Origin: Octopus vulgaris
Taxonomy: Eukaryota
Length of the DNA stretch: 64,000 bases
Direction: 5' to 3'
NCBI GenBank assembly: GCA_951406725.2
Contig: OX597814.1
Coordinates: 16,926,001-16,990,000 of the forward strand
Shown here: piece by piece, positions 10,518 to 23,115 of the stretch
How the letters are laid out: the number at the start of each line of letters is the position of its first letter
How positions within the stretch are numbered: the first letter of the stretch is position 1
Notes under the pieces: generated by a model
Told to the model about the DNA's origin: nothing
Seen by the model: only the letters and a program-made list of their open reading frames with translations
The model's database searches: none
Translations under genes and position numbers: made by a program

Positions 10518-12392
10518 TACTTTATATGGATGACCTCAAGCTGTACACAAAACATGAAACAGGCCTAGATTCTGATACAAACAGTGAGAGCATTCAATAA
10601 AGTTATTGATATGCTGTTCGAGGTAAATATGTACCTGCTACTAATTATGAAGGACGCCAGAAGATAAGCTCTCATGGAATTAAATTAACACGAGACATTA
10701 TAAGATTGATGTTGAATAATGAGGGATACAACTATCTAGGAGTGCTGCAAGACGATAAGATAATGGGAAGAGAAGTGAGAGAGAAGTGTATTCGAGGAGA
10801 ATTAGGAAGTTTCTCGACACAAGATTAAACAAAGGGAGCATCAATAAACGGATAAATACATGGGCTATACTCAAATCACTTTTTGAAATGGACAAAGATC
10901 GAGCGGCATAAACTTGCTAGAACTAGAAAGCTGATCACAATGCACCACGCACTCCACTCTAAAAGCAATACTGACTTACTCTACCTACCAAGATAGGTAG
11001 GTGGTAGATGATTACTAAACGCAGAAGACACTGTTAATACTGCGATACTGGGTCCGAAAAGTTAAGTTGCGTAGAGTAAAGAAAGGATAGTTATTTCTTT
11101 ATTGCCCACAAGGGGCTAAATATAGAGGGGCCAAACAAGGGCAGACAATGGAATTATGTCGATTACATCGTCCCCAGTGCGTAACTGTGACTTTATTTAT
11201 CGACACCGAAAGGATGAAAGGCAAAGTCGACCTCGGCGGAATTTGAACTCAGAACGTAACGGCAGACAAAATACCTATTTCTTTACTACCCACAAGGGGC
11301 TAAACACAGAGAGGACAAACAAGAACAGACAAACGGATTAAGTCGATTATATCGACCCCAGTGCGAAACTGGTTCTTATTTAATCGACCCCGATAGGATG
11401 AAAAGCAAAGTCGACCTCTCGGCGGAATTTGAACTCAGAACGTAGCGGCAGACGAAATACCGCTAAGCATTTCCTCCAGCGCGCTAACGATTCTGCCAGC
11501 TCGCCGCCATTTTAAAGAAAGGATAGTGTCAGCAGCCAAAGATACCAAAACATTGACCGAAATATTAGGAGAATTGAAAGAGCAACGGAAGAACAGGGAA
11601 GACAAATGGAAAGAAACGGAACTACATAGCCAATTCATGCAACAAATTGAGAATATTGGAAATAAAGATTGCTGGTTCTGGTTGACGGAGAGGAAATTGA
11701 AACAAGAGACAGAAACTCTAATAATAGCCACCCAAGAACAAGCTTTGAGAGTAAATCTGATCAAGGCAAAGATCGACAAACCTGATTCAGAGAGCGGATG
11801 TAAGATTCAGAAAAAGAGTCGAAATTATCAAACATCTTTTGAGTGCAGTATACAAAAGAAATATAAGCGCAGAAATGACTATGTATGTAAAAGAGTATAT
11901 TGGGATGATGGCCGAGTGTGTGAATTCAAAACAACAGAAAAAGTGGTATGAGCACGAACCAAATGTTGTAAGAGAAAATGAGAATTCTAAGATCTTGTAA
12001 GATTAGCTCTATAAAATAGGAGAGAAAGAAAACCGGATTTAATCTTAGAGGACATAGTTAAAAATCAGTGTAGCATCATAGATTTTGCAATTCCTTATGA
12101 TATTAGAGTCGATACTAAATAAATTTAGAAAATGGAGGATTAAATATCAGGATTTAGCCAAAGAGTTGATGAGATTTTGGAAGACCAGGACGACAATTAT
12201 TCTTGTAGGTGGTGCACTTGACACAACAACCAAAATACTACCTAAAAGGCTAAAAGAGATGGGAATTGAAGCTCGCATTGTCTACCTGCTAAAACGTACC
12301 AACCTATCTCCTACAAGAATCCTAAGGAAGTTTCTTGAGATATGAGGAGATTGTTACTACCAAACATCAAGATAAAACACCTGCCAACTAAA
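10517..12392 (+). mobile_element. Decayed, 5'-truncated R4/Dong-like non-LTR retrotransposon (RT end to RLE nuclease)
   Basis: LLYMDDLKLY at ~10517, KLITMHHALH..YLP, LHSQF, WL...KLKQETETLIIATQEQAL, KYKRRND, KPDLIL, KYQDLAKEL..GALDT; flanked by (TAG)n on the left and (TAA)n on the right. Confidence 0.85.
11092..11512 (-). mobile_element. SINE family A dimer inserted in the LINE
   Basis: Single TSD TAAAGAAAGGATAGT (11077-11091 / 11513-11527) around one head plus two body units. Confidence 0.85.
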
Positions 12393-12399
12393 TTAGCAA

Positions 12400-12458
<59 letters not shown>

Positions 12459-12467
12459 TAATAACAA

Positions 12468-12840
12468 CGCTTTCTAATCGATGTATCAATACCAACAGAC
12501 GACGTTTCTCTAAAAGAAACGGAGAAACTTTCAAAACACAAAGATCTGGAAATAGAGGTAACTCGAATGTGAGCCTAAAAACAGAAGTAATTCTTTTTAT
12601 AGTAAGTGCATTAAGTATGATAAAAACATTCAGACAAATACATAACAAAAGAACTGCAAGACTTACAAGTATATATAGCATACAGAAATAGCACAACTAG
12701 GCATCGCACACGTCCTATGTAAAATACTTTCAATACAGTTAAAATAAGCGCACCACAGAACATACCCAGGGCACGCTGAACTACACCCAGTAGTGCAGTG
12801 AAAGCCCGTGATAAAAATAAGACTACTGAATAAAGATATA
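12468..12840 (+). mobile_element. R4/Dong-like 3'-end fragment (RLE), same family as 40500-43600
   Basis: FLIDVSIPTD..SLKETEKLSKHKDLEIEV...IQK.AQLGIAHVL; follows (TAA)n. Confidence 0.8.
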
Positions 12841-12872
12841 AGCGAAAGTTTTTCAATAATTAAAAAAAAATA

Positions 12873-12911
12873 TACACGCAGAAGGTCGTGAGTTCGATCC
12901 TCACCAGAACC
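12873..12911 (+). pseudogene. 3' half of tRNA-Val(TAC)
   Basis: TAC-AC-GCAGA-AGGTC-GTGAG-TTCGATC-CTCAC-CAGAACC: perfect T stem; anticodon-arm 3' side and variable loop match animal tRNA-Val(TAC) (TACACGCAGAAGGTC); 5' half absent, no CCA. Confidence 0.65.
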
Positions 12912-12929
12912 TGTTAACATTTATCTACA

Positions 12930-13352
12930 GGCGCAGGAGTGGCTGTGGTAATTAGCTTGCTAACCAACCACATGGTTCCGGGTTCAGTCCCACTGCGTGG
13001 GATCTTGGGCAAGTGTCTTCTGCTATAGCCCCGGGCCGACCAATGCCTTGTGAGTGGATTTGGTAGACGGAAACTGAAAGAAGCCTGTCGTATATATGTA
13101 TATATATAAGTGTGTGTGTGTGTATATGTTTGTGTGTCTGTGTTTGTCCCCCTAGCATTGCTTGACAACCGATGCTGGTGTGTTTACGTCCCCGTCACTT
13201 AGCGGTTCGGCAAAAGAGACCGATACAATAAGTACTGGGCTTACAAAGAATAAGTCCCGGCGTCGATTTGCTCGACTAAAGGCGATGCTCCAGCACGGCC
13301 GCAGTCAAATGACTGAAACAAGTAAAAGAGTAAAAGAGTAAAGAGTAAAAGA
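12930..13352 (+). mobile_element. SINE family B
   Basis: Full head-to-tail match to 3467-3885. Confidence 0.9.
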
Positions 13353-13389
13353 TTACGAAATTTATGAATTAATAAGTTATTATGTCATG

Positions 13390-13718
13390 TCTCAGTGGTT
13401 AGAGCGTCGAGCTTACGATCGTGAGATTGTGAGCTCGAATCCTGGACCGGGCTGCGTATTGTGTTCTTGAGCAAGACACTTTTTTTTCACGTTGCTCCAG
13501 TTCACTCAGCTGTAGAAATGAGTTGCGACGTCACAGGTGCCAAGCTGTATCTGCTGTTGCCTTTCCCTTGGATAACACTGGTGGCGTGGAGAAGGGAGGC
13601 AGGTATGCATAGGCGACTGCTGGTCTTCCATAAACAACCTTGCCCGGACTTGTGCCTGGGTGGGTAACTTTCTAGGTGCAATCCCATGGTCTGTGTCGTG
13701 ACCGAAGGGCGTCTCAGA
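13390..13718 (+). mobile_element. SINE family D
   Basis: CTCAGTGGTTAGAGCGTCGAGC A-box region, GAGCTCGAATCC B box; matches 6880-7200. Confidence 0.8.
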
Positions 13719-14714
13719 TGTTAATATTTTAGAATATTATAATTCATAGAAAATCCTGGCGTTTGATAATCGAAAGATCAAATTTGAACACGAGTAGGTG
13801 GGAACTATTTACTTTCAGTAATGGTTTAGCAAGACTCGTCACATTCAGGTATAGTCTTGAAGTCAGCCTATTCTAGAATTATGCAGTATCCTCTGGTGAA
13901 GATTAGGCTATTTTGTACTGAAAAAGTGCACAATATTTTACATTAGTTTAATCTATATTACCAAATATGCACTGCCAAATTAATTGTTCTGGATACTGAA
14001 TGATATATGTATGGCTTGATCTACGGAAAGTAGATAATTGTAACTGAAGAAGTATCCAAAAATTATCGGAAATCTACAATGCCATGGTTGTTGTATCTTT
14101 CTGAGCTCTTCACGTCCCAGTAACACATAATTAATTTATACTGTAAAGAATTTTAGAAAAGAGGTTTGCGAAGTACAAGTTTGGGGTCTAGATATTCAAG
14201 ATTTACTGAGAGATAGAATCTAGCAATTGTGGCGTTTGAGAAGATTTATGAAGAGGAAGGAGAAGGATTTAGATATGAAATGTTTTATTTTCCCATTGTG
14301 GCTGAGATGGCCGTGCATTGTGGCTGAGATAGACTTCTGGACAGTTGGGTGCTGTCTATAATACTGCATTCAGCACTTTCAAAGTTGAAGTTTGTGTAGG
14401 AATATTGATCCTCATGTAGTTATGAATGACTTTTCTACGTCTCAAAAATATTAAATTCATACCTTGCAGTTTGTAAAAGGAAGGCCACATAAAATGTGAT
14501 ACTAAATAATATTGTTGGTTGAGGTGGCCAAAACTTGAACATCTATGATCAATAGATCTTCTCGAACACTACGTAACAAGATTGTAAAAATTATCACAGA
14601 TACAGAAAGAGTGGGAGAAGGAGAGAGAGAGAGAAACAAAACACACATACACACAGACATGTGCGCGCGCAAAACAAAATCAATAATAACAATAATGATA
14701 GTAATGCTGTCTAC

Positions 14715-15295
14715 TATAGGCACAAGGACTGAAGTTTTTGGATAGCCGAGCTAGTCAAATTCATCGACCCCAGTACTTAAATGTTACTTATTTTATCGAC
14801 CCCGAAAGGACGAAAATCAAGTCAACCACGGTGCTATTCGAACACAAAATGTATAGCGGCATTTCCCCTGGCGTACTAACGATTCTTATTTCTTTATTGC
14901 CCACAAGGGGCTAAACATAGAGGGGACAATGACAAACAAAGGTATCAAGTCGATTACATCGACCCCAGGGCTTAACTGGTACTGAATTTATCGACCCCGA
15001 AAGGATGAAAGGCAAAGTGAATTCGGCGGAATTTGAACCCAGAACATAACGGCAGACGAAATACTTATTTCTTTACTGCCCACAAGGGGCTAAATACAGA
15101 GGGGGACACACAAGGACAGGAAAAATGATGAAGTCGATTATGTCGACCCCAGTGTGTAACTGGTTCTTATTTAATCGACCCCGAAAGGATGAAAGGTAAA
15201 GTTGACCTCAGAATTTGAACTCAGAACATAACGGCAGACGAAATACTGCTAAGCATTTCGCCCGGCGTACTAACGTTTCTGCCAGCTCGCCGACT
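14715..15295 (-). mobile_element. SINE family A multimer/nest
   Basis: Three successive ATCGACCCCGAAAGGATGAAA-type cores. Confidence 0.8.
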
Positions 15296-15411
15296 TTTCA
15301 AACCACAATAACAACATATTGAGCTTGGGTCAACAAGTGTCCACTGACGTGCACTTTTCTTGTGATTTTATCTGGGATATTTTACTTTTTGTTGGATTGT
15401 ATTTTATTAAA

Positions 15412-15803
15412 AGTGGAGGCGCAATGGCCCAGTGGTTAGGGCAGCGGACTCACGGTCGTAGGATCGCGGTTTCGATTCCCAGACCGGGCGTTGTGAGTGT
15501 TTATTGAGCGAAAACACCTAAAGCTCCACGAGACTCCAGCAGGGGATGGTGGTGATCCCTGCTGTACTCTTTCACCACAACTTTCTCTCACTCTTACTTC
15601 CTGTTTCTGTTGTACCTGTATTTCATAGGGCCGGCCTTGTCACTCTCTGTGTCACGCTGAATATCCCCGAGAACTACGTTAAGGGTACACGTGTCTATGG
15701 AGTGCTCAGCCACTTACACGTTAATTTCACGAGCAGGCTGTTCCGTTGATTCGGATCAACCGGAACCCTCGTCGTCGTAACCGACGGAGTAAAGGAGAGA
15801 AAG
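15412..15803 (+). mobile_element. tRNA-derived SINE, family C
   Basis: GTGGAGGCGCAATGGCCCAGTGG head, GGTTTCGATTCC B box; TSD ATTTTATTAAA (15401-15411 / 15804-15814). Confidence 0.9.
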
Positions 15804-16237
15804 ATTTTATTAAATAACTTGTTGTCGCTATATCGTCTGTTCGCATTTTCGGCCTCTATCTGCCCTATTTGTGTTACTGCATTATTATATTTTCCTTCTG
15901 CATTTTTTTATGGTATTAGGGTGTATTTTCTTTATTTAAAAAAAAAAATTGTGCCATCTTCGGCGGCAAAGAATGAAATCAGTTACACAATTAATGTCGA
16001 ACTCATTTTCCCCCAATAACACAGACTACAGAATAAACAAATTTATTCAAATGTTAATGTTCTTCGCTTTGTCTCTGGAAAGAATGTATTTTTCAAAATC
16101 TCGCTGCTAAACTACTATTTTCCGGACAAACTATTAACTCTTTTCATTGATCGATATTGATTTACATAACATTAAGTAATATTATCATTATTATGTTTCT
16201 TTAATGGCATGTGAGATTATTATATTTATCACTATGT

Positions 16238-16712
16238 AAGGCGGCGAGCTGGCAGAAACGTTAGCATGCCGGGCGACCTGCGTAGCCGTATTTCGTCTGT
16301 CGTTACGTTCCGAGTTCAAATTCCGCCGAGGTCGACTTTGCCTTTCATCCTTTCGGGGTCGATAAATTAAGTACCAGTTACGCACTGGGGTCGATGTAAT
16401 CGACTTAATCCCTTTGTCTGTCCTTGTTTGTCCCCTCTGTGTTTAGCCCCTTGTGGGTAGTAAAGAAATATATATTTATCTATTTCTTTATTACCCACAA
16501 GGGGCTAAACACAGAGGGGACAGACAAGGACGGACATAGGGATTAAGTCGATTACATCGACCCCAGTGCGTAACTGGTACTTAATTTATCGACCCCGAAA
16601 GGATGAAAGGCAAAGTCGACCTCGGCGGAATTTGAACTCACAACGTAACGACAGACGAAATACGGCTACGCAGGTCGCCCGGCGTGCTAACGTTTCTGCC
16701 AGCTCGCCGCCT
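16238..16712. mobile_element. Tail-to-tail inverted pair of SINE family A
   Basis: + copy 16238-16470, 10-nt spacer, - copy 16481-16712; nested TSDs. Confidence 0.9.
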
Positions 16713-17669
16713 GAGAAATATATATTTATCACTATGTGCTGAGAGGGAAGTATGGATATACGTTGTTGTGAATTGAATAAATATTTATTTGGGTTCGTAT
16801 GAAACCAGCATACCCTTTTAAAGTTTTTCATTTTTTTTTTTTCCTTTTCACTAGTTCCTCTATATCTTCCGAGATGATTCGTCCACTGTATAGGTGCGTT
16901 TTGTGCCCTCGAAGTTTGGGTTATTTTTTTTTTTTACCGAAGGTTCTGTTTTGATTCCATCATTAGTTTGAGAAAGGACAAATTATTAGCTCCATAAACA
17001 ACAATAGATGTCCAATCGTAATAGAAGTAAATATAAAATGGAAAGTTACACGATTAGAAAATGGAAAACCTAAAGTGCCATATCATAACAAACACGTCTC
17101 CGGTGACATTACCATCACAATGAAAATCTCCAGAAACTGGAAGATTTTTTGAAAACTGATGCTCATCTTTCGTTCGAAGTAATGTTCATGTATGAAAATG
17201 TTGCAACAAGCAAGAATGAATACCAGAATGCCAGAAGCAACACCACGCTGAATTAAACCAGAGGCAAAATTGTCTACATAAAAATATTTATCTATCAACA
17301 ACATACAAACTCTCAAATTTATTATTCCTTAATAGGCTGGACATTTTCTGGAAGCGAATATTATGTTGTAGGATAAAAAATGTGTGGCAGAACGAGATAA
17401 ATATTGAAAAATGTGGAAAATGAAATCAATATCTATGCACCTCATGGATTGATTATCTGGAAGCCTTCGTCAAAATTCCATATTCTTGCATATTCGAGCG
17501 ACCATAAGGGAGGAATCGCCCAATAGCTGTTAAAACTGAGAGGATGAAACGGTCATCAAAATATGTTGGTTGAATTAGCAAAGCAGTATCATCACAAAGT
17601 GTGTGATTGCTCAGTGAAACTCCTAATTGATGCTAGTCTTTTAACTATCTGTACGAAAAAGCTAAATGT

Positions 17670-18440
17670 TATTCTTTTTTACTCTAGGCACAAAGCCCAA
17701 AATTTTAGGGGAGGGAACCAGTCGATCAGATTGAACCCAGTACGCATCGGGTACTTAATTTATCGACCCTGAAATAATGAAAGACAAAGTTGACCTCGGC
17801 GGAATTTGAACTCAGAACGTAAAGACAGACGAAATACCTATTTCTTTACTACCCACAAGAGGCTAAACACAGAGAGGACAAACAAGGAAAGACAAACAGA
17901 TTAAGTCGATTATATCGACCCCAGTGCGTAACTGGTACTTATTTAATCGACCCCGAAAGGATGAAAGGCAAAGTCGACTTCGGCGGAATTTGAACTCAGA
18001 ACGTAGCGGCAGACGAAATACCTATTTCTTTATTACTCACAAGGGGCTAAACACAGAAAGGACAAACAAGGACAGACAAGCGGATTAAGTCGATTATATC
18101 GACCCCAGTGCGTAACTGGTACTTAATTTATCGACCCCGAAAAGATTAAAGGCAAAGTCGACCTCGGCGGAATTTGAACTCAGAACGTAGCGGCAGACGA
18201 AATACCTATTTCTTTATTACTCACAAGGGGCTAAACACAGAAAGGACAAACAAGGACAGACAAGCGGATTAAGTCGATTATATAGACCCCAGTGCGTAAC
18301 TGGTACTTATTTAATCGACCCCGAAAGGATGAAAAGCAAAGTCGACCTCGGCGGAATTTGAACTCAGAACGTAGCGGCAGACGAAATACGGCTACGCATT
18401 TCGCCCGGCGTGCTAACGTTTCTGCCAGCTCGCCGCCTTA
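17670..18440 (-). mobile_element. SINE family A tandem array (~186-bp units)
   Basis: Junction GACGAAATACCTATTTCTTT recurs at ~17828, ~18012 and ~18196; single head at ~18435. Confidence 0.9.
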
Positions 18441-18881
18441 AACGCTAAATGTTATTGGTAAACTGCGAACTATCTCCGTTATTGGATGACTATAACTGTT
18501 TAAAAATAGCACTGTAGCCGAAATTTAACTAAGATATGAAAATAAAGATAGATGTATGATCTCACACAAAAGGACAGAAGTTACACTAAGAACAACAAAA
18601 TGTGTTAAATCTTATAAAATCACAAACTTAAAACTTATAAGTAGATACGAAGAGATTTATAGATTCAGAATAATATTGAATAGAAATTGAAAGTGAACGT
18701 AATAAATAATATTGAAATTATAATACATCGAATATTCCAAATTAGATTCATTGAGGAACCTAGATATAAAAAAAGAAACCATGTCATAAACCAACCATTC
18801 TAAATTTGCAAAAGCTACACAAACTTAAACATATAGGAATATAAAAAGCGGTTTGTAAAACCATTGCTATTACTAAAGAGC

Positions 18882-19123
18882 GTGAGTAAAAAGGTTGAAA
18901 AAATCACCAATTTCTCCGAATCGAAATTGGAAATGGCAAGACTGTAAGGAATGCGAGAGGGTAATGTAAAAGTGATACCAGTGGTGATCGGAACATTGGG
19001 CTCAATCCCGTTGAAATTTCAAAACTTCTTAAGGCAACTGGAAATCCCATGCAAGGTTGATGTCTTGCAAAAAGCAGCCTTATTGGGCACAGCGTACATC
19101 TTAAGGGAAGTATTATCTGATCG
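18882..19123 (+). mobile_element. RLE-domain fragment; inverted near-copy of ~20595-20839
   Basis: VKVIPVVIGTLGSIP...LQKAALLGTAYILR; near-identical to the reverse complement of the 3' part of the LINE at 20530-21815. Confidence 0.85.
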
Positions 19124-19866
19124 TAAGATCAAATACGGACTCAGTATAATGAAACATGAATATAAGAAGAAAACACAAAAGGATTCTCTTTAAATAAGGA
19201 AAAGACGTGCAAACTATCAGTTGATTATTATGGAATGAGTTTTCTGTAGCAACGTAAACAGTATAAATAAAACTAAAATAACTAAAAAAAATATCAATGA
19301 ATAAAATCAAAGTGACACTATTTAAGATATAAAAGAAAGAATGAAAACAACTCGCTATAATCAGAATCAAATGAAAAATAAACTCTTGACTATAGATAAA
19401 TCGGTGATCCGATGTGCTTTTGCAAAGGATCACTGTCTTAACAGAGAGGGAAAAAATATTACTAAACCAAGACGCTAAAGACAGTTGCATAATATGCAGT
19501 CATAATTCTGACTGCTCCGTTCATCTCAGTACGAAATATATACAGAAATAGCGTAATAGGTAATAAGCTGACGTATCGCATATAAGTAATCAGCTCCTAA
19601 TAATGAAAGAGATGTTCTAACAGAAAGAAATACAAAGCAAAAGTCCAAAAATAACAAATGATCTAACGTAGCAAAATCATATTCTGTTAAAGAAAAAACA
19701 TATTGGATAATACTTCTAAATACACCTTGTCTGAAAAACATGTTGGATGGCGTCAGTGGAGACACTCTAGGTGATAGGCTTCTTAGATTGTGACTTATTT
19801 GTGGCTAAACGAAAACAAGAACCAATTTGGCAGTGCGTTTCTTACTCAGCTGTGTATTCTTCAAGT

Positions 19867-20255
19867 GTGGAGGCGCAATGGCCCAGTGGTTAGGGCAGCG
19901 GACTCGCGGTGGTAGGATCGCGGTTTCGATTCCAAGACCGAGCGTTGTGAGTGTTTATTGAGCGAAAACACCTAAAGCTCCACGAGGCTCCGGTAGGGGA
20001 TGGTGGTGATCCCTGCTGTACTCTTTCACCACAACTTTCTCTCACTCTTACTTCCTGTTTCTGTTGTACCTGTATTTCAAAGGGCCGGCCTTGTCACTCT
20101 CTGTGTCACGCTGAATATCCCCGAGAACTACGTTAAGAGTACATGTGTCTGTGGAGTGCTCAGCCACTTACACGTTAATTTCACGAGCAGGCTGTTCCGT
20201 TGATTCGGATCAACCGGAACCCTCGTCGTCGGAACCGACGGAGTGCTTCCATCGC
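19867..20255 (+). mobile_element. SINE family C
   Basis: TSD ATTCTTCAAGT (19856-19866 / 20256-20266). Confidence 0.9.
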
Positions 20256-20381
20256 ATTCTTCAAGTAACTTTCCTGCTTTCCATTTTAGTATACTTGCCA
20301 TAATAAGTAATCAGATGGACTGTGAATTGTCGCAAAGTTGATTGATACAGATTAAGGTCATTGTGGTATTATTTACATACA

Positions 20382-20482
20382 TAGGCGCAGGAGTGGATGT
20401 GTGGTAAGAAGTTTGTTTCCCAACCACATAGTTCCAGGTCCAGTAACACTGCCGAGCACCTTGGGAAATTGTCTTCTACTAT
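20382..20482 (+). mobile_element. SINE family B head fragment
   Basis: AGGCGCAGGAGTGGATGTGTGG...CACCTTGGGAAATTGTCTTCTAC. Confidence 0.7.
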
Positions 20483-20529
20483 GGCTATGATGCTCCCCCA
20501 ATACTACTACTTATTAGTATTATTATTCC

Positions 20530-21815
20530 TTCGTAACACACTGTAGGTAAAAATGCACCGTAGTCATTAGTCATCTGTCAAGTCACAACAAGGCGATCAG
20601 ACAGATAATACTTCCTTTAAGATGTGCGCTGTGCCCAATAAGGCTGCTTTTTGCAAGACATCAACCTTGCATGGGATTTCCAGTTGCCTTAAGAAGTTTT
20701 GAAATTTCAATGGGATTGAGCCCAATGTTCCGATCACCACTGGTATCACTTTTACATTACCCTCTCGCATTCCTTACAGTCTTGCCATTTCCAATTTCGA
20801 TTCGGAGAAATTGGTGACTTTTTCAACCTTTTTACTCACATCATTCATGTCATTTGGTATGGTAACATCAAGGAGCTGACAGTATTTGTCTCTCTTATTC
20901 AATATAACAATGTCCGATTACACGATCCGTCTGAAAATCATAACCCCAGAGTATCGTTACTTTTCCGTCCTCCTGCATAACTTTACCTGGTACATTCTGA
21001 TACCATTTCTCTGTTACTTCATATTGGTATATACGGCATAAGAGCCAATGAAGATACACACACACACACACTTTATCGTGGCAGCGCTTGTACTCCTTTT
21101 GTGCAAGGCTCTCAAATCCACTTACCAAGTGAGTCACGTCTCCCACACTCTTTCTGGGTGTGTGAAGTTTTATAGATGTTATACTTCACTGAATTGGTAG
21201 CGAAAGCTTGGTCTTGTGCAGCAATGATCAGACTTTCTGTGATGCGCTTGAAATCACCTCGCTCAAGCTATGCCCACCATGGTGTATTTTCCTTAACGAC
21301 TTATGTTCTCCTTTCTAACTGTCGATGCAGTCTCATTTCAAGAAGGCATTTTCTCCTCAACTCTTTGGTTAAACTCATTTCATCTGCATTTACACCTATA
21401 TGTTTCGTGACATATTGCAGTAGGTCCTTATCACTATTTATTAGATACTCTGCAAGCGTTCTCCTTTCACTCCTTATACAATGGTCTATGCTAATTACTC
21501 CTCTGCCACCATTCTTTCTTTTCATATACAATCTGTTTACGTTTGCTTTAGGGTGTAGCGCACCATGCAGCGTCATCAACTTTCTCGTCCTTCTATCCAG
21601 TAATGATATTTCCTCCTTAGTCCATTTGAGGATGGACGCACTATATCTGATCCCCGCAACTGCCATTCATTGCGATAATCAGATTTTTGGCATACAGGTT
21701 GGATTTAAACACCACCTTAACCCTTTTTTGATACGCCTTGACTTTCATTTCTCTGCGTAGAATGTCATCCACCTCCAAAATCCCTAAATATCTATTCCCA
21801 CTACCGCCAGGTTCA
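20530..21815 (-). mobile_element. Decayed 5'-truncated R4/Dong-like LINE
   Basis: YLGILE, GIRYSASILKWTKEEI..LDRRTRKLMTLHGALHPKANVNRLYMKRKNGGRG, HLVSG...YKRCHDKV, WYQ.VP..V.EDGKVTILW, VIGTLG, LQKAALLGTA; bordered by TAA-type tracts. Confidence 0.85.
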
Positions 21816-21895
21816 CCCATTATTATTAGTATTATTAATATTATTAATATTATTATTATTATTATTATTATAATCATTATTATTATTATTATTAT

Positions 21896-21934
<39 letters not shown>

Positions 21935-21963
21935 CATTTTTATCATCATCATCATCATCATCA

Positions 21964-22003
<40 letters not shown>

Positions 22004-22498
22004 CATCATCATCATTTTGTTGTTTTCTTCAGATATTTTTCACGTTCTTTTGTTCTCAACTTATTTAATACATCTAAGATGATTCCAGCAGTGAGTTACG
22101 TCGTTTACAAGACTGTGTGATGTTACCATTTTTATTAGTTATATTACCTTCTCTTTTTACGGTATTAGTATTTAAATGATTGTCTTCGTATAACTTGTCA
22201 TTACGGAAGTCACTGCAAAAGCGTTCTCGGTGCGATGCTTCTCAGAATTTATGCGAATTTTGCTAAAATAATTTTCAGTATTTCTCCAGTCGCCTAACAA
22301 TTGTAATACAACTATTTGGAAGAATTCTTTCATTAAATTTTAGCAATCGAGGACCTTAGAGTGTATCCATAGTCTGCATGAAGCAAAAAACATATATATG
22401 TTTTATATATTATGTAACCGGATCTCATTTACTTTACAGCTTCAGAAAAGCTTCGTTAAAGTAAGTATAACCATAACAGATTAATAATAATAATAATG

Positions 22499-22553
<55 letters not shown>

Positions 22554-22687
22554 TGATAATAATAATAATAATAATAATATGCATGTGCCTAGTGTACCTT
22601 TATCAGACGGGTAGTCATGATGGGTATATTGGGCTTCGTATATTTTACCCCAGTGTCACTTTGATGGCATGAACTGCTCTCTCACTC

Positions 22688-22752
<65 letters not shown>

Positions 22753-22883
22753 TTATGATAAAAATAAGAAGACGAAGAAGAAGAGCAACAACAACAGAAG
22801 CAGCAGCAACAACAACAACAACCACAATCATTATGGTGAGGATAAAGATGATGATGACAATGATGATGATGATGTTGACGACG

Positions 22884-22921
<38 letters not shown>

Positions 22922-22927
22922 TATGAC

Positions 22928-22992
<65 letters not shown>

Positions 22993-23115
22993 CTATGACA
23001 ACAATGACGATTACAACGATCGTGATGATGATCATGAGGAACAGAAGGATAGAGAAGAGAAGACGGCACGCTACTGCTTGGTGACGGTAATGATGGTGAT
23101 AATGATGATAATGAG
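21815..23115. repeat. Cluster of trinucleotide arrays ((TAT)(TAG)(CAT); (AAT); (GAT))
   Basis: Direct reading at 21815-22015, 22482-22580 and 22688-23115. Confidence 0.9.
22580..22690 (+). mobile_element. ~110-bp LINE 3'-UTR tip inserted in (TAA)n
   Basis: Homologous to the reverse complement of ~25900-26002 (...CTCTCTCACTC end); flanked on both sides by (AAT)n. Confidence 0.7.

Noticed and set aside
13720-14560. Possible old LINE remnants (also 17150-17560 and 24180-24545)
   Set aside because: Only faint motif hints; not supportable without a profile search.
15412-15490. tRNA genes at SINE heads
   Set aside because: A/B boxes present but no complete cloverleaf; each continues into a SINE body with TSDs.
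15546-15749. Recurrent 67-aa ORF MVVIPAVLFHH... (five copies)
   Set aside because: Lies within SINE family C; conservation reflects repeat identity.
17670-18440. CRISPR-like regular repeats
   Set aside because: Whole units repeat with no unique spacers; eukaryotic SINE tandem, no cas genes.
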